Assembly (NCBI GenBank): GCA_951406725.2
Contig: OX597836.1
Location: 10,044,001-10,108,000, forward strand
DNA: 64,000 nt
Reading direction: 5' to 3'
Source: Octopus vulgaris
Lineage: Eukaryota
Shown here: piece by piece, positions 1-64,000 of the stretch
How positions within the stretch are numbered: the first letter of the stretch is position 1
Layout of the letters: every line of letters starts with the position of its first letter
Position numbers and translations under genes: made by a program
Notes under the pieces: generated by a model
Databases searched by the model: none
Seen by the model: only the letters and a program-made list of their open reading frames with translations
Told to the model about the DNA's origin: nothing

Positions 1-270
1 TACTCAATGTAATTCTTTTAGATGTTTTCCTCCTTGGATTCCAACCATTTTGGATGTCCTGCCTTCAAGAGAGGATTTTGGACGATCATACTGACCCCTC
101 CCCCTCCCCCCCCCCCTACAGACATGCCATACTTGCTACAGTTTGGTACTTATTTTATTGAATTGCTAAATCAGGTTTTCATCTTAGAACAAAGATTCTC
201 AACTGGGGTCCACATAAAATTTTGTTGCTAAAATTTATCTCCAATAAAATGATTACACTCCTACAATACA

Positions 271-303
<33 letters not shown>

Positions 304-969
304 TTAATGTCCGTTTTCCATGCTAGCATGGGTTGGATGGTTTGACGGTTCGACTGGAGTCTGGTAAGCCATGGAGGCTGCACTAGGCTCCAGAACTGAT
401 GGAATAAGTATTAAGCTTACAAAGAATAAGTCCTGGGCTTGATTTCTGTGGCTGAAACGTTTTAAGGCACTGCTCCAGCATGGCCACAGTCAAATGGCTG
501 AAACAAGTAAAACAAAGGAATATAGTTAATCTAAGAATACAGTATTACCGACCAATACCCAATGTGGAACTCACATTGGTGAGATCACCTGAGATGGATC
601 TGTAACACGTTAAATATATTTGTGTGTGTGTGTGTGTATGTAGCTTTGGTACAGTTTCCATTTATAAAATTTCACCCACAAAGTACCAGTCGACCCTGTG
701 AGCAGAGCAGAAGACAGCTTGTTCAAGTGAACGACTGATAATGCATGAATGCACTCAATGACATCACCGAACTGGATCTGGTCGATTTAGTTACGTAAGT
801 GTTTCATAGTCAGCACAATGGCTTAGTAAAAACTACTGTATCACTTTCAGTCATTTTATTACTAAATGTTATTATTTGGCAAAAAAAAAAAAAAAAAATG
901 GAATTAGCTGGTGAGCAAGACTGAACAAGCAACAGGCAGACTTCTGCTGCTGAGATTTTTATCAAACTA

Positions 970-1370
970 CTAACAGTATCGCCTGGCGTTGATCGGGTTT
1001 GTTTCGACCCTTTAGAATTGGAATTTTTGAAAAGTAAAAATTTTGCATTATGTAGCTTGTTATTCTCTTCAAGTGAACATTTTACTGGTTGAAATACACC
1101 GAAAAATGGCGACACAGCAGTAAAAAAAATCATTAAAAAATAGGGATTTTCATAGAAAAAAAGCACCTTTTTGATGTAAATAATTTTTGGTTTTAACATG
1201 GTCCGATTTGAATTTTTTCTTCTATGGAAGGAAGAGCAAGCCGCCTTCTATCATACTCTCAATTTTGGTCAACTTGCGCCGCAGGGTGTCGGAGGAGATA
1301 GTGTTAGTTGAAGGCTACCAAACCTCCCACACACACACACACAGACAACTTCAGCTTTATATATATATAT
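970..1370 (-). mobile_element. Non-autonomous Helitron-like element
   Basis: Inverted homolog of 38911-39284, with subterminal hairpin. Confidence 0.65.
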
Positions 1371-1926
1371 ATTTCTTAAGTGGAAACACGTGGCTCAGTG
1401 GTTAGGGTTTTGGACTTGTGATTTGAATTTTTTCAAAGGCTACCAAACCTGCCACACACAGACAACTTCAGCTATATATATATAGAGATTACATTCAAAG
1501 CATAGATCCATGAACTGTCAAGTCACATGCTTTACAATTCATTGCACACACACACACACACACACCCACACACACACATGGCAGTTAGCCCTTCCAGTTG
1601 CCATCACTTACCTTTTTTCCAAGCATGGTAATGTTTCGCCATGGCCAAACACATTTTTGCAGAATATTAGAAATGAACAACACCGCTTGTATAACAGTGA
1701 CACTCGTTTACAACAAGCAAACAAACATGCATATATATACGCTGAGCTTTGTTTGCATAGCTCTTGTCTGCCAAATTCACCCACGAGGCTTTGTCTGGCC
1801 TGGGGCCATAGTAGAAAATTCTTGCCCAAGGTGTCATGCGGCAGGATTAACCCCCCCACCCACTTAATCCATGTTGCAAAGAAGAAATTCGTTTGATCTC
1901 ACTCCCTGTGTACTTTTTAATCTTTC

Positions 1927-1961
<35 letters not shown>

Positions 1962-2469
1962 TATACCCTCATTGCTTGACTTCTTTTTTTCTTTTACATC
2001 CTGTGACTTAGCAGTTTGGCAAAAGAAACCAACAGAATAAGTACCAAACTTTTAAAAAAAATTGATCTGCTTGACTAAAACCCTTCAAGGTGGTGCCCCA
2101 GTATGGTCGCAATTCAATGACTGAAAGAAGTAAAAGATAAAAAAAAAAAATGAAAATAAAAATAAAATGCCTTGTGAATGGATTTGGTAGACAGAAACTG
2201 AAAGAAGCCCGTCGTATATATGTATATGTGTGTGTGTTTGTGTGTCTGTGTTTGTCCCCCTAGCATTGCTTGACAACCGATGCTGGTGTGTTTACGTCCC
2301 CGTCACTTAGCAGTTCGGCAAAAAGAGACCGATAGAATAAGTACTGGGGTCGAGTTGCTCAACTAAAGGCAGTGCTCCAGCATGGCCGCAGTCAAATGAC
2401 TGAAACAAGTAAAAGAATAAAAGAAAGAATAAATAAAAATTTTTTTCATTTTTCTTTTCGTTTGTGCAG

Positions 2470-2816
2470 GTTCACATAAATTTGGAATTTTCGAGCACAT
2501 AGAGGCCAAGGAAAAAGGAAATTTATTGACCTCTAATCAAGAGATACCCCTCAGCCTGTTCAATGTGGAGAAGGCTGTGCCATGTCCGCTGAATGCAGGA
2601 GAGATGTCATTGCATCATGGCCTAACGGTGCACGGCAGTGAACCAAATCTCTCAGATCGCCGTCGGTGTGGTTATGTCATTCGATACGTAGCTACGGATG
2701 CTTATTCGATTAACGATCCAAACAGACCCCGGACGTTCCCGGCCACTGTGTTAGTATCTGGCAAAGATGAACTCCACAACTTCACTGATCACGCTCCTGA
2801 ATGGTTTAAAAAATGA
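2470..2816 (+). CDS. Terminal coding exon of a PhyH-family (phytanoyl-CoA dioxygenase-like) Fe(II)/2OG dioxygenase
   Basis: Polypyrimidine tract and tgcag acceptor ending at 2469. Phase-1 exon reads (G)SHKFGIFEH...GNLLTSNQEI...LNAGEMSLHHGLTVHGSEPNLSDRRRCGYVIRY...*. GSH, the HGS.PN.S..RR His/Arg motif and the stop at 2814-2816 match the C-terminal half of PhyH proteins. Upstream exons were not found in the window. Confidence 0.9.
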
Positions 2817-3016
2817 ATTTTCATGACGGTATGAAATATGTTGCATTGGTGCCAGTATTAAGATGTAAGTAACCCTTATAATTAAAAGACCAGTTCTTTG
2901 AATCACAGACCGAAAAATCCTTGCTTTGGCTCATTTTTTAGCATCAGGGAATAAAATCATACATTAGGGATCAATAATTAAAACCAGGCACCTTCATATT
3001 ACCAGAGTAAAACTGA

Positions 3017-3022
3017 ATAAAA
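3017..3022 (+). terminator. Candidate polyadenylation signal of the PhyH-like gene
   Basis: AATAAA about 200 nt after the stop, followed by GT/T-rich gttgtttgtttcttt. Another AATAAA lies near 2950. Confidence 0.45.
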
Positions 3023-3550
3023 TAAATATTTAAATGTCAAAGAGTTGTTTGTTTCTTTAATTCTTTATCTTACTTATTTCAGTCATTAGACTGTGGCCAT
3101 GCTGGGGCACACCCTTGAAGAAATTTTAGTGGAACTAATCAACCCCTATCATCATCATCATAATTATCATCATTTAGTGTTTGTTTTCCATGCTAGTGTA
3201 GGTTCAAAGGTTTGACAGGAGCTGGCTAGCTGAAGGGCTGCCAGGGCTCCATGTCTGTTATGGCATGGCTTCTGTGGCTAGATGCCCTGCTTTATGCTAA
3301 CCATTTGGCAGAGTGCACTGGGTGCCTTTACGCAGCTCCAGCATGGGCACTCTTATGTGACACTGGCATGGGTGCTTTTTACATGACACCAGCACCTGTA
3401 CGTATTATTTCTTTGTAAAGCCTGGTACCTATTCTATTGGTCTCTTTTGCCGAACTGCTAAGTTATGCGGATGTAAATACACCAACACCAGTTGCCAAAC
3501 AATGGTTGTGGACAGACAGACACACAAAGTCACAAACCGCATACATATAT

Positions 3551-3945
3551 AGGTGCAGGAGTGGCTGTGGTAAGTAGCTTGCTTACCAATCACATGGTTC
3601 CAGGTTCAGACCCACTACGTGGCACCTTGGGCAAGTGTCTTCTACTACTATAGCCTCGGGCCGACCAAAGCCTTGTGAGTGGATTTGGTAGACGGAAACT
3701 GAAAGAAGCCCATTGTATATAAGTATATATATATATGTGTGTCAGTGTTTGTCCCCCCCCAACATCACTTGAGAACCGATGCTGGTGTGTTTACGTCCCC
3801 GTAACTTAGCAGTTCGGCCTAAGAGACCGATAGAATAAGTAACTAGGCTTACAAAGAATAAGTCCCGGGGTCGATTTGCTCGACTAAAAAAGGCGGTGCT
3901 CCAGCATGGACACAGTCAAATGACTGAAACAAGTAAAAGAGTGAA
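3551..3945 (+). mobile_element. tRNA-derived SINE family A (representative full copy)
   Basis: Head aggtgcaggagtggctgtgg...ggttcag with A/B-box-like motifs, ccttgggcaag core, gactgaaacaagtaaaagag tail. More than 20 copies or fragments in the window. Confidence 0.8.
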
Positions 3946-4069
3946 AAGAGTAGTAGGGTGTGATTTGATGGAGATTTGGCTGCTGTTTCTGATTCTATGT
4001 AAACAAAAAACAAAACAAAAAACAAAAACAAAAACAAAAAAAAACAACTGAAAAATATTATCAGTCAGT

Positions 4070-4075
4070 TTTATT
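4070..4075 (-). terminator. Candidate polyadenylation signal of the TSP1-repeat gene
   Basis: AATAAA on minus about 830 nt after the stop, followed on that strand by a long T/GT-rich tract (4000-4045). Confidence 0.4.
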
Positions 4076-4908
4076 ATATAATGAATCTCTATTGATGAAC
4101 CTGGAAAGGAATTTCAAGAACGGTCGTTTGTTTGTTTGTTTTGGGTTATTTTCTTTTCCTTTGTTTTTGTTTGTTTAATTTATTTGTTTGTCTGTTTGGT
4201 TTTGATTGCCTTTAAAAAGAATTTCTCCTTAAAGAATTTTTTTTTAATTAACAAAACCGTCTTTCAGTCATTAATTTATTATTCCAGCTCTACGTCTTCC
4301 CCGATGTCGTTTACTGATGATTATTGGTTTATCACGGATTATCAGAGACAAGAGTGGAATTTCATCGATCAGATTGACCGATCGATCGATTGATTCATTG
4401 ATTGATTGATTGACTTTCTTCTGTACTTAGATCAATATATTGCAGCGTATTTGTTATTGCTTAATTGCTAATCTTTTTCCTTTTTTTTTTTGCTTTTATT
4501 GATGACAATATTCACAAATTAATTTGTCTCACAGCTGTTAATGTAGACCAATCATTAATTGCCAGTCGGAACCAAAATATAATCTTTGTTAAAAATTGGG
4601 GTATTTTTGTTTTCCTAGTTTCAAATATATTTTTCATGGAGACAAAGCGATCCTTCTCATCTGGTCGTGCAGTTTCCCACATGTTATAATAAAGGTTTGA
4701 GAGGCTTCTTTCAAGCGATGTAAGCTAACATCAAAGATTCATGTGGCAAGTTTTAAAAAACCCACATGAATTAAATAAGATCAAATAGAGAAGCATACAA
4801 ACCATGCAAAACGAGTGATTTTTATGGTTAATTTGCAGAAGAGGAGGAGTACCTAGCATAAGTGAATATTTCTTAGTAAGCAGGAGAAGTAAAAAGTATT
4901 GTTGCTTT

Positions 4909-61909
<57,001 letters not shown>

Positions 61910-62008
61910 CTGAAAATACAAATAAAAAAAGCCAGAAGGGTTATCTTTTACTAACTCTCTCCCCCTGATCCCCAAGAACATGTATGTATGTATGTATGTA
62001 TGTATGTA

Positions 62009-62055
<47 letters not shown>

Positions 62056-62152
62056 ATGCATGCATGCATGTGTGTATATATACATACATATATATGTATG
62101 TATATACATGCATGTGTGTATATGCATACATATATATCTATGTATATATATA

Positions 62153-62204
<52 letters not shown>

Positions 62205-62425
62205 CATTGTAAAATAAAGAAGGAAGGTGAGAGGAGGAGGAGGAGGAGGAGAAGGAGAAGGGGAAGAAGAAGAAGAAGAAGAAAGAGGAGGAGGAGGGTG
62301 GAGAAGAAGAAGAATCTAAAAAGAAGAACCAAAGAAGTGGAAAAGAAAGGTAATATCTTCCCTTAATTTGATATGTTTCTTGCAGAAAACTGGAAGCCGA
62401 CAGGCTTGCTTATACAGGTCGTATA

Positions 62426-62862
62426 CAGGTCGTCGTCGACTTATGACGACCAACTTTACAACGATTGGCACACCACCTCCTGGCAGTGATAATAGTCTAG
62501 TTGGAATCTAATGGGTTTAATTTCTTAGAAATTAACCCATCTACAGATGATGTCAGCTAACAAACGCTTCTCCTAGGTTTGGTTATTGGTCGCCACTGTG
62601 TTGGATGACTATCCTGTCGCGGAGACATCAAGGCAACCTTGTATTTGTTTATAAGACGACTGCTTGAGATTCTGAAATTTTTGACTAGCGCCAGTATAAT
62701 AGTATAATACAGAATGCTGTGTGTGACTTTTACCTGAGAATCTCCCTTAAGAATGTCAAAATATAAAAGAAAGCTATGTAGGCCTATAGGCTGACTTACA
62801 ACCAAATTGACTTACGACCAGTCAGTCGGAACCAATTGTGGTCTTAAGTCAATGATGACCTG
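62426..62862. mobile_element. Tigger/pogo-like MITE
   Basis: TA-flanked TIRs caggtcgtcgtcgacttatgac / gtcttaagtcaatgatgacctg. Confidence 0.7.
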
Positions 62863-63168
62863 TATATATACACATACATACATATATATATATATGTGGC
62901 TTAGAAGTATTTTGACTTCTACTTTTAATGAAGTAGATGCTTATGTAGTACCCTAGTACATACATACATACATACTTTATTTAAAAGCAGCAGAAATATA
63001 ATAAAAGCTGTTACTCAGAGTTTCACGTTCCCGTTCGTCGGACAGTTTTGTTAAAATATTTTAACATAACTGTCCGATGACAGCTGCTTTTAAATAAAGC
63101 ATATTGCTCTACCTCTGGTATTTGAGTACTCTTTTTTCCACCTTGTTTCACATTTATGTGCTTACTCC

Positions 63169-63212
<44 letters not shown>

Positions 63213-63684
63213 GCTTCTTTCAGCTTGATCAGCTCATGGGTATAGTAGAAGACACTTGACCAAGGTCCCACACAAAGGGACTGAACCTGGAACCATGTAT
63301 TTTGGAAACAAGCTTCTTACCACACAGCCACGTGTGTGTGTGTGTGTGTGTGTGTATGCACATGTGTGTATGCACATGTGTGTATGCATAAATGTACATG
63401 TGTGTGAGTGTATGCTTATGCCTCCTTGTCTTGATACCATGTGATAGTTGTGAATAAGTGTTACTAATTTCTAATATTCTGTGAAAGCATTTCTGGCCAT
63501 GAGGAAATATCTAGTTTGGCAAGGATGTTGGTGACAGGGGCTTGGAATGGTGGGCTGGTGACAGGAAGTGTATAAGGCAGTGGAAAATCTGCCTCAAAAA
63601 AAACTCTGCCCAAACCATGCACGGATAGAAAAGTGGAAGTTAAAAAGTTATGATGTATGTTTGTTTATGTGTATGTGTGGATTT

Positions 63685-63915
63685 GAGGCATCAGATGCTG
63701 TGTGCAAGAGAGAAGACTGAGCTGGTTTGGCCATGTGATGAGCATGGATGAGGACAGCTGCATAAAGAAGTGCCGAACCCTAATTGTGGAGGGTACCTGT
63801 AGCAGGAGTAAACCTAAGATGCTGGTTGAAGTGGTGAGAAAGGATCTTCGGAGGCTGGGCCACACTGAAGAAGCGACAAGGGACTAGGAGATGTGGCTAT
63901 TTGCTGTACTTGATA
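63685..63915 (+). mobile_element. RTE LINE 3' fragment
   Basis: ERRLSWFGHVMSMDEDSCIKKCRTLIVEG...PK...EVVRKDL. Confidence 0.75.
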
Positions 63916-64000
63916 AGACACATTCAGCTTTTCTAGAACAGCAATGTTTGCTACCCTGTCTTTCCAGTTTAGCCCTCTCAACCTGCAAAAGATCCCCATC

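Overview
AT-rich eukaryotic genomic DNA, full of microsatellites and SINEs. The repeat content looks like an octopus or other cephalopod genome (inference). Two convergent genes are supported. (1) The last coding exon of a PhyH-family Fe(II)/2-oxoglutarate dioxygenase on + (2470-2816). (2) A large minus-strand gene of at least 25 exons (61909 down to 4909, about 1,980 aa inside the window; no 5' end or signal peptide seen), which I assembled by hand from AG/GT boundaries and exon phases. Its architecture is a long low-complexity/Pro-rich region, 19 thrombospondin type-1 (TSP1) repeats each on its own phase 1-1 exon, an Ig-like domain, an EGF-like domain, one transmembrane helix and an ~80-aa tail. 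The central TSP1 exons are recent exon+intron tandem duplicates. Their junction codons would create stop codons if certain exons were skipped. The introns hold several tRNA-derived SINE families, CR1, RTE and R4-like LINE fragments, mariner/Tigger/piggyBac-like MITEs and Helitron-like elements. They also hold at least six minimal type I hammerhead-ribozyme motifs, some inside foldback elements. Most ORFs in the supplied track are microsatellite or SINE artefacts.
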